Positions 9,550 to 19,639 of a DNA stretch of 64,000 nucleotides are shown here, in pieces. The notes beneath the pieces are model-generated. The model saw nothing but the letters and a program-made list of their open reading frames with translations. It did not search any database and was not told where the DNA came from. The translations under genes were made by a program, and so were the position numbers. The first letter of the stretch is position 1, and each line of letters begins with the position of its first letter. Origin of the DNA: a virus; the IMG/VR virus record IMGVR_UViG_3300027503_000002; one strand, 5' to 3'.

Positions 9550-10609
9550 TTCGTTTCAGCTGAAGGCTTCTCTTGAGTCTTTAGGTTATAACCTAAAAGA
9601 TTATGGAAGCTATTGGAGAACGAGAGCGCTATATCGCGGCGGGGATAATGGCACTGCTGTTAAGATATACAAGAACAGCGGCGTATGGACCGACTATGCC
9701 GCTAATGGCTCCAAGAGCTATCCCATTCAGAAGCTTATCCAGCTTACACTGAATACAAATGATCCAGAGGTGATAAATAAGTATGTAAATACTTCTGCTG
9801 AAATTATCATTCAATCAGAGCCTAAACAGAAACTAGAAATGGAAAAGATCTATCCAGAGTCTCTGCTTTCAAATCTTCTGCCCCACCTTGATTTTTATGA
9901 AAAGAAAGGGATCAGTAAAGATACTCTTAATTTTTATAAATGCGGCTATGCAACGGCTGGTCAGCTTTTTCGTAGAATTGTATTTCCGATTTATAATTCT
10001 TCTGGGCAGATCCACGGCTTTTCTGGCAGGGCGATCTTCTGGCAAAAGGATTCAGAGTTTCCAAAATGGAAACATCTGGGTAAGCGCGCTGATTGGGTTT
10101 ACCCTCTTAACGTGGAGCGTAACTCTTCGTATGAAGTTAAAGAAACTATTGAGTCCAAAGGATATGTAATTATTGTCGAGAGTATTGGCGATAGTATGGC
10201 GCTGTTTGAAAAAGGCTACAAGAACAATCTTGTGACCTTTGGTCTTGGCGTCTCTTCAAAAATCTGTTCGACATTAGTCGCCCTTTCTCCAGAAAAGATA
10301 ATCATTTCGTCAAACAATGATTCTAACGGCGACACTAATCACGGCTTAATCTCTGCGTGCAAATCTTTCCTTCAACTTTGCTCGATCTTCGATCCTTCAA
10401 AGATTGAGATTCGCCTTCCGCTTAAAAACGACTTTTTCGATATGCTTGTGGCAAGCAATGAGGGGGAGTCTAATATATTTTCTGATTGGGAAAACAAAAG
10501 CATAAATAAGGATCTTCAAATCAAGAAGATTCACGAAATTGCAGTTGCAAATAACTTTTCTCAGCTTTTAATTAGCCGAGCAAGCAAACTTCTAGATCAA
10601 ATTGAGTGA
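9530..10609 (+). CDS. DNA primase (DnaG-like TOPRIM)
   Basis: RIVFPIYN..G...GFSGR, PKWKH, IIVESIGDSMAL; follows the helicase. Confidence 0.85.
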   Translation: MSRTSIDSFQLKASLESLGYNLKDYGSYWRTRALYRGGDNGTAVKIYKNSGVWTDYAANGSKSYPIQKLIQLTLNTNDPEVINKYVNTSAEIIIQSEPKQKLEMEKIYPESLLSNLLPHLDFYEKKGISKDTLNFYKCGYATAGQLFRRIVFPIYNSSGQIHGFSGRAIFWQKDSEFPKWKHLGKRADWVYPLNVERNSSYEVKETIESKGYVIIVESIGDSMALFEKGYKNNLVTFGLGVSSKICSTLVALSPEKIIISSNNDSNGDTNHGLISACKSFLQLCSIFDPSKIEIRLPLKNDFFDMLVASNEGESNIFSDWENKSINKDLQIKKIHEIAVANNFSQLLISRASKLLDQIE

Positions 10610-11630
10610 CTCAAAACACGTAGCATTGTCTGCTAGTAGGATTAAGACGCTGGAAAAATGCAGCTGGTCTTACTGGTGCAATTATATTTTAAAGCTGCCA
10701 GACACACCAAATGATGGATCAAGCAGGGGTGACGTTGTCCACCTTGTTCTTGAAGTTTTGTCGCATCCAAGAAGAAAGAAGTATGTTGAAAAGATCTTGG
10801 AGGCTGGTGATATTTTTTGCATTAAATCAATCAAGTCCTTAACCCTAAAGAGGGCGAGAAAGAATAAGGTATCTGATCCAGAGAATATTGACTTAATCAA
10901 AGAAATGACTTTGGTTGGGCTAAGCTACGACTTTTTTGGCAGCGCCAAAAAGAAACCGGTCCAAGATTGCAGCGAAAGAGAGTTTGATATTGTTGTAGAC
11001 GAAGAGAACAAGAAATACAGGATCAAGGGATTTATCGACCGCTTCTTCGCTTATAAGGACAAAACGTCTGTAATCCGTGACTATAAGACCAGCAAAGCGG
11101 TATTTGCTGGCAAAGACGCCGAAGACAATATGCAGCATCTGATGTATACCTTAGCGTCTAAGAAGCTTGACCCCGAGCTTACGGCGCGTGTTGAATTTTT
11201 ATTCTTAAAGTTTGACGTTTCAAAAGGCGGCGATGGTCTTTTGAAAATGGAGCATTTGTCAGATGAGGACTTGGTAAGCTTTGAGTATCAGCTTACCGAA
11301 ATTCAAAAAGTTGTAGATAAGTTCTCTGAAGCTGATGCCTATTCTAATTTTGCCGCAGATAAGCCGATTCCATCAGACGGATCTTTTTCTGGCAAGCTCG
11401 CGTGCGGGTTTGCGAAAAAGAAGGGTGAATTAAAGAAGGATGGCAAGCCAAAGTGGCATTGCCCATATAAATTTAGTTTTAATTATTACGCTCTCAGAGA
11501 TAAGGATAATAAAATTATAAAAAGCTTTTTTGAGGACGATAAGGAAGAGGCTTTTAAAATGGCCAAAGATGGACACAAGGTCACAAAAGAATACTATGCT
11601 GGGTGCCCAAAACACTTGACACGGGATTGA
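10602..11630 (+). CDS. PD-(D/E)XK RecB/Cas4-like exonuclease
   Basis: LSASRIKT..C, G..VH..LE, KGFIDR, IRDYKTSK, Q..MY and C-terminal Cys residues. Confidence 0.85.
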   Translation: MSDSKHVALSASRIKTLEKCSWSYWCNYILKLPDTPNDGSSRGDVVHLVLEVLSHPRRKKYVEKILEAGDIFCIKSIKSLTLKRARKNKVSDPENIDLIKEMTLVGLSYDFFGSAKKKPVQDCSEREFDIVVDEENKKYRIKGFIDRFFAYKDKTSVIRDYKTSKAVFAGKDAEDNMQHLMYTLASKKLDPELTARVEFLFLKFDVSKGGDGLLKMEHLSDEDLVSFEYQLTEIQKVVDKFSEADAYSNFAADKPIPSDGSFSGKLACGFAKKKGELKKDGKPKWHCPYKFSFNYYALRDKDNKIIKSFFEDDKEEAFKMAKDGHKVTKEYYAGCPKHLTRD

Positions 11631-11643
11631 AAGTCTGTAAGAT
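11616..11643 (+). promoter_or_regulatory. sigma70-like promoter for the polymerase operon (near-leaderless)
   Basis: TTGACA-N16-TAAGAT, with ATG 6 nt after the -10 box. Confidence 0.7.
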
Positions 11644-11649
11644 AGTGGT

Positions 11650-12384
11650 ATGATCCCACTATTCAAGTCTAGCTTTTCTGTAGGGAAAAGCATTCTGACT
11701 CTGGCCGAGCCAGAGAAGCAGAAGAAAGACGGTCCAGACAGCATTGTCCAGATTGCACTAGAGAATAATCTGAAGACACTGCATTTGGTAGAAGATTCTC
11801 TGACAGGGTTCTTGACGGCATTCAAGACCTGTGCAAAGCACGACATTCATCTTAGATTCGGATTGAGGATGGATATTTGCAACTCTTACGAGTCTATCGA
11901 TACCTCCAAAAGCAAAGTGATTCTTTTTGCCAAGAATGATTCTGGCTTTAAAAGCGTCAGTAAGATATTCACTTATGCGAATACAGAGAAAGATGGCATC
12001 ATCTCTAATGACGACCTAGCGTCACGCTTAACTGACGACATCCTGTTGGCTATTCCATTTTACGATAGTTTCGTTTGGCAGAACTGGCAGTACTTTAGAA
12101 ACTGTATGCCTACATTTTTAAAAGATTTCGATCACGTATTCTTTACGGAAAATAATAAACTCCCTTTTGACTCTGTAATTGGAGAGGCTGTAAAATCAAT
12201 GACCGCTGCCCCAGTAATGGTGAAGTCCATCTATTATAAAAACAGAGATGACTATGAGGCTTGGTTAACTTATAAAATTGCCTGCAACAGAAGAATGGGA
12301 AAGCATCAAACGCTTTCGGCTCCAGAAGTTAATGGCTGCGCGAGTAAGGAGTTCTGTTTCCAATCTTGGAAGGAGGCATCGTGA
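11650..12384 (+). CDS. stand-alone PHP domain of DNA polymerase III alpha (metal ligands degenerate)
   Basis: Matches the DnaE N-terminus: KSSFS..KSIL, F..C....I...FG, ILFAKN..GF..., IYY...D. Confidence 0.8.
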   Translation: MIPLFKSSFSVGKSILTLAEPEKQKKDGPDSIVQIALENNLKTLHLVEDSLTGFLTAFKTCAKHDIHLRFGLRMDICNSYESIDTSKSKVILFAKNDSGFKSVSKIFTYANTEKDGIISNDDLASRLTDDILLAIPFYDSFVWQNWQYFRNCMPTFLKDFDHVFFTENNKLPFDSVIGEAVKSMTAAPVMVKSIYYKNRDDYEAWLTYKIACNRRMGKHQTLSAPEVNGCASKEFCFQSWKEAS

Positions 12385-13007
12385 ATACGCTTTTAAAACA
12401 AAATCTTAATCAGAAGTTTGTAGTATTTGATACAGAGACCGAAGGCTTGTCTCTTACCTCTTCTCGCCCTTGGCAGCTTTCTTGGATTGTTTGTCAAGGA
12501 GAAAAGATCCTTGAGTCACACGACGAATTTGTTTTATACCCTGATCTGAATGTTTCAGATGAAGCAGCGAGAATAACTGGGTTTGACAAGTCATCTTATC
12601 TTTCAAAGGCCAAGCCACCAATCGATGTGTGGCAGAAATTTGCACCGTATCTTTATGACTCCAACAACCTTCTTGTTGGTCAGAATATTTTAAATTATGA
12701 CATTTATATTCTGAACACAATGATGGGCACAATTGGAATTCAGAATAACTGGAGCTTTCTGAATCGCTGCATTGACACACGCGCGCTATCAACGGCAATG
12801 TTCAAAGGCATTCAGCCATCTGGCGACTTGCTGCCTTGGCAGATGAAGTTGATGAACTTTCACGAAAAGGGTTTAAAGACCAGTCAAGCTTTTATGCTAA
12901 AGCACTTTGCAATTGATCACGACCCCAGTAAGCTACACAATGCGCTATACGATATCACAATGAATTATAAGATTTTCCGTAAGCTTATTATGGAGGTAAA
13001 CGTATGA
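12381..13007 (+). CDS. DEDDh 3'-5' exonuclease (epsilon-like proofreading subunit)
   Basis: FDTETEGL, GQNI..YD, IDT, LHNALYD; AGGAGG SD before GTG 12381. Confidence 0.88.
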   Translation: MNTLLKQNLNQKFVVFDTETEGLSLTSSRPWQLSWIVCQGEKILESHDEFVLYPDLNVSDEAARITGFDKSSYLSKAKPPIDVWQKFAPYLYDSNNLLVGQNILNYDIYILNTMMGTIGIQNNWSFLNRCIDTRALSTAMFKGIQPSGDLLPWQMKLMNFHEKGLKTSQAFMLKHFAIDHDPSKLHNALYDITMNYKIFRKLIMEVNV

Positions 13008-15568
13008 TCGATTTTAACGCCTGCTTTCAAAAGTACGAGCATCCCGTTCCTCCGGGCGTACGTCTTCCAGAGATCAAGATAGATGCCCGCCACTATGAGA
13101 ATCTTGGCATCTCACCTTCTGTTTCAAACTATGAGTTCCTCCGTCAACTCTGCCTCAAGGCAGTCAAGGAAAAAGGCATCGACAAACTTAACAATAAAAA
13201 AGAATATTATGAACGAGCAAAATACGAGCTTTCAGTTTTTGAAGAACTGGGCTTCACTGACTATATCCTGCTTAATTGGGACATTCTTAATTACGCTCAT
13301 GAGCATAGCATTCCTACTGGCTATGGGCGTGGCTCTGCTGCTGGTTCTCTTATTCTCTTTCTTATTGGGGTTACCAATGTAGACCCGATCAAGAATGGGC
13401 TGTTCTTTGAACGCTTCGTCTCAAAGAGCCGCGCAAAGAAGATTGTGGTGGACGGAGTCACTTATCTCGATGGCTCACTGATGCCTGACGTAGATAATGA
13501 CATTGAGTTCTCTCGCCGTCAGGATGTAATCAATTACATCAAGACTAAGTATTCAGGCAAGACTTGTAAGATCTTGACTATGAATACTTTGACAGGAAAA
13601 CTTTGCATTAAAGAGTGTGGCAAGATCGTCGGAGAGATGACGGAGGATGATGTTAATGCGGTAAGCGACTCTATCCCAAAGCAATTCGGTAAAGTCTTTG
13701 CCCTGAAGGACGCTTACGATGAAAGCGAAATCTTCAGAGCATTCTGCGATAAGAATCCTAAAGTATTCAAGATCGCCAAGAAGATCGAGGGTTTAAACAA
13801 GAATACTGGCGTTCATCCATCCGGCATATCAATCTCTTATTATAATAACGAGGACATTATGCCGCTTCAGAAGACTGGAGATGGCGAGGTTGTTTCTGGA
13901 TACGATATGAATAACGTATCAGAAATCACAGTTAAGTTTGATATCCTTGGGCTTAGAACACTCTCTGTTGTGTTTGACACTTGTCAGAGACTTGGGCTTG
14001 ATTTTAAAACAGTTAATTTTGACCAGCCTTCAACTTATGGATTTCTGCAAGACCTAAAGAATCCAAAGGGCTTGTTCCAAATTGAAGCCAATACAAACTT
14101 CCACGTTTGCAAGAAAGTCAAGCCGCGAAATATGCTTGAGCTTGCCTGCGTACTATCTCTTGCGCGACCCGGAGCATTGGACTTTCTAGATCAGTACGCT
14201 AGATACGTTGAGACTGGAGATTTCCAATCCGTTCACCCGTTCTTTGACGATATCCTTAGCATTACTGGCGGCATCCCAATCTTCCAAGAGCAGCTAATGA
14301 AGATGATTGTCAAGGTTGGATTTACCCTTGACGAAGCTGAAACTGTCCGGCGCATCATTGGTAAGAAGAAGGTTAGCGAGATGCCAGCTTGGAAAGAGAA
14401 GATTGTAAACAAGGTAAGGGAGAATAATCTTGATTCGCAAATCGCAGATGTCCTTTGGAAGGTAGCCGAGGATAGTGCAAACTATTCGTTTAATCTTTCT
14501 CACGCAGCAAGTTACGCCACACTTTCTGCGCTAACGACTTATTTAAAGTTCAATTATCCCAAAGAGTTCTTCTTGGCTCTACTCAAGTCTTCTAGACACG
14601 AACCAGATCCGCACGAAGAGATCGAAACAATCTCTCAAGAACTACCATTTTTTGGAATCAGATTGCTTGCCCCAGACTTGGTTAAGTCTAAGCCTGATTT
14701 TGAAATCGAAGATAATAATATTCGCTTTGGCTTAAACGCCATCAAGGGAGTTTCAGATAAGATTCTTTCCAAGTTGCTTGAGTTTCGCCAAGGAGAGTTC
14801 TCAAATAAAATTGATTGTTTCGATGGAGCCAAGGAAGCCAGTCTGAATATCGGAGTTCTTTCCGCACTGATTCAAGCCGGAACCTTATCCAGCTTTTCGG
14901 AAAAGCGTTGCAGACTTGTGCTTGAAGCCCAGACTTATAATGTTCTTACTGATCGCGAGAAGAGAAATGTAAAACTTCTGGCGCCAAAATATGGCTACGA
15001 TGTCTTGACAACCATCTCGGAAGCGATGAAGAATAAGCAAGTTGCAGATGACGGCAAAGCTCTGATGTCCGAAAAACGCTACAATACTTTCAAAGCCAAG
15101 TACGAACCATTCAAGCGTATTTATGAGATGAATAAGAAATACGAGAAGTTTGCTAATTGGTTTTTTGAGAAGCGGCTTCTTGGATACAGCTATACTTACA
15201 AGCTGAAGGAAGTGTTCCAAGATACTGACTCTGACGCTTTGCTAACCAGCTATGAAGTTCTGCAATCAGAACCAAGGCAAGCGGTGAAGATGGTTGGTAT
15301 TGTTAAGGAAGCTCGCAAAAAAACTAGCAGAAACGGCAACAACTATTTGTTTATCAAACTATCCGATGAGTACGGCCAGATCTCTTGCCGGTTAATGGAC
15401 GGTCGCCAAGATAATATGACAAGATATTATGAAGGCGAAGGTCGCACGCCCAAGGAAGATGAGATTGTAATTGTGTATGGAAATAAATCTGACGATTCTA
15501 TATTTTTAAATACACTGTCAATCTTGAACGAGAAAATTTATACAAAGCTTTCTGATTTAGAATCTTAA
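13004..15568 (+). CDS. dnaE: DNA polymerase III alpha (DnaE) catalytic core lacking PHP
   Basis: GRGSAAGSL, FERF, PDVDND, GVHPSG, KFDILGL, FQEQ.M, YSFN.SHA, IRFGL.AIKG and a C-terminal OB fold. Confidence 0.93.
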   Translation: MIDFNACFQKYEHPVPPGVRLPEIKIDARHYENLGISPSVSNYEFLRQLCLKAVKEKGIDKLNNKKEYYERAKYELSVFEELGFTDYILLNWDILNYAHEHSIPTGYGRGSAAGSLILFLIGVTNVDPIKNGLFFERFVSKSRAKKIVVDGVTYLDGSLMPDVDNDIEFSRRQDVINYIKTKYSGKTCKILTMNTLTGKLCIKECGKIVGEMTEDDVNAVSDSIPKQFGKVFALKDAYDESEIFRAFCDKNPKVFKIAKKIEGLNKNTGVHPSGISISYYNNEDIMPLQKTGDGEVVSGYDMNNVSEITVKFDILGLRTLSVVFDTCQRLGLDFKTVNFDQPSTYGFLQDLKNPKGLFQIEANTNFHVCKKVKPRNMLELACVLSLARPGALDFLDQYARYVETGDFQSVHPFFDDILSITGGIPIFQEQLMKMIVKVGFTLDEAETVRRIIGKKKVSEMPAWKEKIVNKVRENNLDSQIADVLWKVAEDSANYSFNLSHAASYATLSALTTYLKFNYPKEFFLALLKSSRHEPDPHEEIETISQELPFFGIRLLAPDLVKSKPDFEIEDNNIRFGLNAIKGVSDKILSKLLEFRQGEFSNKIDCFDGAKEASLNIGVLSALIQAGTLSSFSEKRCRLVLEAQTYNVLTDREKRNVKLLAPKYGYDVLTTISEAMKNKQVADDGKALMSEKRYNTFKAKYEPFKRIYEMNKKYEKFANWFFEKRLLGYSYTYKLKEVFQDTDSDALLTSYEVLQSEPRQAVKMVGIVKEARKKTSRNGNNYLFIKLSDEYGQISCRLMDGRQDNMTRYYEGEGRTPKEDEIVIVYGNKSDDSIFLNTLSILNEKIYTKLSDLES

Positions 15569-15571
15569 ACA

Positions 15572-15577
15572 GTGTAA
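15572..15577 (+). promoter_or_regulatory. GTGTAA putative late promoter
   Basis: 9 nt before the in-frame GTG 15587, suggesting that is the true clpC start. Confidence 0.5.
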
Positions 15578-17998
15578 ATGAATACAGTGCAAGAAATCAA
15601 TTTCACGCCAAAGGCCAAAAGAGTCTTAGACGTTGCCAAACAAGCTTGCATAGAGAAAAAAATCGCTGAAATAAGCGATGGCTTCCTGTTTTATGCCCTG
15701 CTAAAATCGGACTCGATGATCGTAAACTCTGCCTTTAGCGGCATTAAGATTTCTCCACAAGAACTTGCGGATGTTGTATGGAAAGCGCTTCCATCAACTG
15801 TCAAAGGATCTGCAAAAGAAAACGCAGAGTTTAATCAGATTTCTAATAAGATTATCTCTGAGTCTCTTACGTATTCAAAGCAGTACAGTCAAAACTATAC
15901 CGGAGTAGAGCACATCTTCAGATCGGCGCTAACCCACTCTCCGTTTATTAAAAAATTCTTTAAAAAGAATGGCATTGATATCGGATATATTGCCGAAAGG
16001 ATTGATTCTGGGTGTAAAAATATTTCTAACCCAAAGAAAAAGGTTTCCACGCCAACTCAAGGATCTGAGCCTAATTTAAAATCCGCCGCAATCAAAAGCT
16101 ATTGCATTAATTACAATGAGAAAGCGGCTAAGGGAGATTTTGATCTTATTTGCTTTAGAGAAAAGGAAGTTGAGCAGATGTCAGAAATCCTTTGCCGCAA
16201 ACAAAAGAAGAATCCAATTATTGTTGGAGAAGCTGGCGTAGGCAAAAGCGCTATCGTAGGACTATTGGCGAAACATATTGTCGCTGGAGACTGCACCGAA
16301 TTTCTTCTTGGCAAGGTTATTTTGCAGCTTGATATGACTGCCCTTGTCGCTGGCACAAACCTTCGCGGCCAGTTTGAGGAGCGTCTCCATAAGATCCTAA
16401 ATGAAGTTAAGGCGCAAAAGAACATCATTCTGTTTATTGATGAGATTCATACAATTACTGGAATGGGCAATGACGAGGGGTCTCTTGACGCATCAAATAT
16501 CTTAAAGCCTTATCTTGCTGGTGACGAGATCAGTTGCATTGGTGCAACAACCCAGAAAGAATATGAGAAGTACTTCCAGAACGACTCGGCAATGAATCGC
16601 CGCTTTGAGCCTTTGTTCATCAAAGAACCCTCAAAGAAGGATACGTTAAAAATACTTAAAAACATAAAGAATCACTACGAGTTGTTTCACGCGGTACACT
16701 ATCCAGATAAAATCTTGGAAGGCGTCGTTGATCTTTGCGAAAAGTATATTACCAATAGAAGATTCCCAGACAAGGCGATAGACTTGATGGATCACGTAGG
16801 CTCAAAGTCAAAGATTAAAATCTATGCCAGACCAGAGCTATTCAAAGACTTGGAGAAAAAGCTTGCTGGCACAACGGAGGAGGACGAAATCTCTTTTATA
16901 GTAAAAGAGTACGAAGATAGGTATAACCAATGGTTTTCGTCGCTCAAGGACTCTAAAAAGGAAGTGAGCAAGCAGGATCTTTATGCTGCCCTCTCCGACA
17001 AGATTGGCGTATTCATAGACGCCAACGTTTCTGATTCAAAGTTTAAAAACATTTTTACAAATCTGCAAAAGCACGTATTCGGACAGGACGAGGCTTTAAG
17101 AAAGATCTCCAACTGCGTTGTCAGATCTTCGTTTGGACTCTCATCGTCTAACAGACCCCTTGGCAGTTTTATGTTTTTGGGGCCAACGGGGTCTGGCAAA
17201 ACATATCTTGCCAAGACACTAGCTATGGAAGCTTTTGGCAGTGAGTCAAGCTTAGTTAGGCTCGATATGTCAGAGTTTATGGAGCAGGCTTCGGTATCAA
17301 AGCTTATCGGCTCGCCTCCCGGTTACATTGGATTTGGCGAATCCAATATTCTTTCCGAGCAGCTTCAGAAGTTTCCATCCAGCATCTTCTTGTTTGATGA
17401 AGTCGAAAAGGCGCATCCAGATGTTATTAACATTCTATTGCAAATTATGGACAATGGCCAACTGACAACTTCAGTTGGACGCAAACTTGACTTTAAAAAT
17501 TCTATTATTATCTTGACTGGGAATGTTGGCTTTCAGTTTGCCGATAACAAGAAAATGGGATTCTTCCAAGCAGCCGCACAAGCTTTGACCAAGGACGTTG
17601 TTAAGGAAAACTTGCAAAAATTTTTCCGCCCAGAGTTCTTGGCTCGCCTTAATGATATTGTTGTATTTAACTCGTTGACAGAAGAAGCTTTACGAAAGAT
17701 TGCTGAGAAAGAAATCTCCAAGATCAAGGACAGTCTTAAAGATAAACAGATAGCATTTCGTGTCTCAGAAGAAGTTTATGCTTTCATTCTTAATGAAACA
17801 AAAAGCTCAAACGACGGCGCAAGAAAGATCATCTTCTTCGTTGAGAATGAATTAAAGACAAAGATCGTTGACGTTTTGGCGTCTGGATCATATAATGATA
17901 TTGCCGTGTCTTTGGAAAACGGGGCAATAAAAGTGGATGGAAAATCAAAAAAACTTCGTTCAGCACGTAATTCAGAGCAACGACATTCTCCCAATTGA
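15578..17998 (+). CDS. clpC: ClpC/ClpA-like Hsp100 AAA+ unfoldase
   Basis: Clp N-domain, GEAGVGKS, LFIDEIH, FPDKAIDL, GQDEA, GPTGSGKT, LIGSPPGYIG, FDEVEKAHPDV, and an MGF ClpP-docking loop. Start may be GTG 15587. Confidence 0.9.
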   Translation: MNTVQEINFTPKAKRVLDVAKQACIEKKIAEISDGFLFYALLKSDSMIVNSAFSGIKISPQELADVVWKALPSTVKGSAKENAEFNQISNKIISESLTYSKQYSQNYTGVEHIFRSALTHSPFIKKFFKKNGIDIGYIAERIDSGCKNISNPKKKVSTPTQGSEPNLKSAAIKSYCINYNEKAAKGDFDLICFREKEVEQMSEILCRKQKKNPIIVGEAGVGKSAIVGLLAKHIVAGDCTEFLLGKVILQLDMTALVAGTNLRGQFEERLHKILNEVKAQKNIILFIDEIHTITGMGNDEGSLDASNILKPYLAGDEISCIGATTQKEYEKYFQNDSAMNRRFEPLFIKEPSKKDTLKILKNIKNHYELFHAVHYPDKILEGVVDLCEKYITNRRFPDKAIDLMDHVGSKSKIKIYARPELFKDLEKKLAGTTEEDEISFIVKEYEDRYNQWFSSLKDSKKEVSKQDLYAALSDKIGVFIDANVSDSKFKNIFTNLQKHVFGQDEALRKISNCVVRSSFGLSSSNRPLGSFMFLGPTGSGKTYLAKTLAMEAFGSESSLVRLDMSEFMEQASVSKLIGSPPGYIGFGESNILSEQLQKFPSSIFLFDEVEKAHPDVINILLQIMDNGQLTTSVGRKLDFKNSIIILTGNVGFQFADNKKMGFFQAAAQALTKDVVKENLQKFFRPEFLARLNDIVVFNSLTEEALRKIAEKEISKIKDSLKDKQIAFRVSEEVYAFILNETKSSNDGARKIIFFVENELKTKIVDVLASGSYNDIAVSLENGAIKVDGKSKKLRSARNSEQRHSPN

Positions 17999-18926
17999 GG
18001 AGGAGATGGTTAATGAGATCAGGTTAGTTATTGAAGGTAAGCTTGGCGCCGAAATTACTTCAATAGAAAAAAGATCTACTGAGGTTCTTTACGACTCTTA
18101 CTTTGCAATCAGCGATAAAAAGCCGCTATTGATTAAAGTTAACCTGTCGCCAGAAATGCCCAATTTTTGGAAAGAGTTGGTCCAATATAATTTTCCTTTT
18201 CATCCAAAGATAGTTTGCGCCTCGGATGAATATTCGATCAATAAATTTATTTGTTTCGAGCTTCCAAGGGGGATTTTTCTTTCTGACATTTCGAACTATC
18301 CGTTAAGTTCAAGATTAAATTTGGTGTCAGATTTTGCGAGAGACGTTAAGAAAATGCACCAGACGAAGATAAAGGATGAGGATGATACGCTTCGCATTTT
18401 TAATGCAATGTGTCCATTTGAAGCATCGATGATTTATGACACATTTCCTTTGGCCCAGTTAGTTGGGACAATGAGGTCCGTATTCAAAGGACTTTACAAA
18501 TCAGACTTGCAAGATTGCGGGCTTGCACACTTTGACATTTGTCCAGAAAATGTTATCCAGTCAAATAAAGAATTTAAATTCTTAAATTTTGAATACGCTG
18601 GCAATGCAAACATTTACATTGATATCTGGATGATGCAGCAGACAATGAACGCTTCGGATCAAAACTTTCTGAATTTTATTGATCACTACGAACTTAACAA
18701 AACAAAGCTGCATTCATACAGGGAAGCGGCTGACTTATTCTCTTTTGCTTATTTTAATTCAAAGATTATTGCCGAGTATATGACATTTGGCGTTAGGAAT
18801 CATATTAAATTAAGATACTGGATAAACAAATCTGAAGCCTGCTATTCTCCTGTCGCGCATAAACTTTTTATCGAAAAAAAACTAGACAATAAGATACGTC
18901 AGTTCTATAATTTGTGGAAACAATAA
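17937..18926 (+). CDS. APH/choline-kinase-fold phosphotransferase-like protein
   Basis: LIKV, HFDICPENV (Brenner motif) and FLNFEYA in place of the usual DFE. Confidence 0.65.
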   Translation: MENQKNFVQHVIQSNDILPIEEEMVNEIRLVIEGKLGAEITSIEKRSTEVLYDSYFAISDKKPLLIKVNLSPEMPNFWKELVQYNFPFHPKIVCASDEYSINKFICFELPRGIFLSDISNYPLSSRLNLVSDFARDVKKMHQTKIKDEDDTLRIFNAMCPFEASMIYDTFPLAQLVGTMRSVFKGLYKSDLQDCGLAHFDICPENVIQSNKEFKFLNFEYAGNANIYIDIWMMQQTMNASDQNFLNFIDHYELNKTKLHSYREAADLFSFAYFNSKIIAEYMTFGVRNHIKLRYWINKSEACYSPVAHKLFIEKKLDNKIRQFYNLWKQ

Positions 18927-18927
18927 T

Positions 18928-19164
18928 ATGAACAATAAGAACAATCGCGCAATCACTACGATTCAAAATACCGCAGGCCGCTTTTTTGGCCTTGAGACTG
19001 CTACTGAAATTATTAACGCTCGCCTTGTCGAGTTTGGCCCCTCGCTTATCACCGTGGAGGACCGTAACTCTGGAACCAATCGACGCTTCGCTAAGAATCA
19101 AATCACAGCTGTAACTTTTAAGGGACGAAGAATCACTGCTGTTCCTAATAAGCCCCGAGCTTAA
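18928..19164 (+). CDS. small hypothetical protein
   Basis: 78-aa ORF ending just before a terminator. Confidence 0.7.
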   Translation: MNNKNNRAITTIQNTAGRFFGLETATEIINARLVEFGPSLITVEDRNSGTNRRFAKNQITAVTFKGRRITAVPNKPRA

Positions 19165-19188
19165 TTAAAATTAACCCCTAAAACCACT

Positions 19189-19217
19189 GAGCCGAATGCA
19201 AATTCGGCTCTTTTTTT
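19189..19217 (+). terminator. rho-independent terminator
   Basis: Perfect 9-bp stem GAGCCGAAT-GCAA-ATTCGGCTC followed by T7. Confidence 0.9.
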
Positions 19218-19218
19218 A

Positions 19219-19224
19219 GTGTAA
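19219..19224 (+). promoter_or_regulatory. GTGTAA putative late promoter (cassette 1)
   Basis: AGTGTAAATA immediately after the terminator, 10 nt before ATG 19235. Confidence 0.65.
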
Positions 19225-19234
19225 ATACTAAGGT

Positions 19235-19639
19235 ATGAATCTCACCTCATTAGCGCCCGCAGGATTGGTAAGCGCCCAAAGCCCACTTACAGACCCAGTT
19301 ATTATTGGGACAATAAAGGAAGACATCTACACAATCAATGACGGCGTTGGGTTTGAAGTTGATCCGGGCAACGGGTCGATTCAATTGGTTGCTCTTGCTG
19401 CCAACCGCAGTCCACAAGCTACTAACTTTCTTGCGGGCGAAAGTGTTACTTTGATGGTAGATGATGGCAGCGGCTACGCTTTGACTTGGACAGGAGCAAC
19501 TTGGGGCACGGGCTCAATTAGCGGTGTTAGCTGGGTTGGTGGCAACGCGCCAGTTTTAGCGGCGACTGGGTACACTGTATTGCAGTTTTGGAAGATCGAC
19601 ACTAGAATTTACGGCGCTTTAGTTGGTAATGTTTTATGA
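19235..19639 (+). CDS. virion fibre/adaptor-like protein
   Basis: Beta-rich with W.GG.AP.L...G..VLQFW, as seen at fibre C-termini; starts MNLTSLAPAGLV. Confidence 0.55.
   Translation: MNLTSLAPAGLVSAQSPLTDPVIIGTIKEDIYTINDGVGFEVDPGNGSIQLVALAANRSPQATNFLAGESVTLMVDDGSGYALTWTGATWGTGSISGVSWVGGNAPVLAATGYTVLQFWKIDTRIYGALVGNVL

Noticed and set aside
10602-11630. Cas4-like nuclease as evidence of CRISPR
   Set aside because: No repeat-spacer array or other cas genes; it sits in the replication block as is usual for phage exonucleases.
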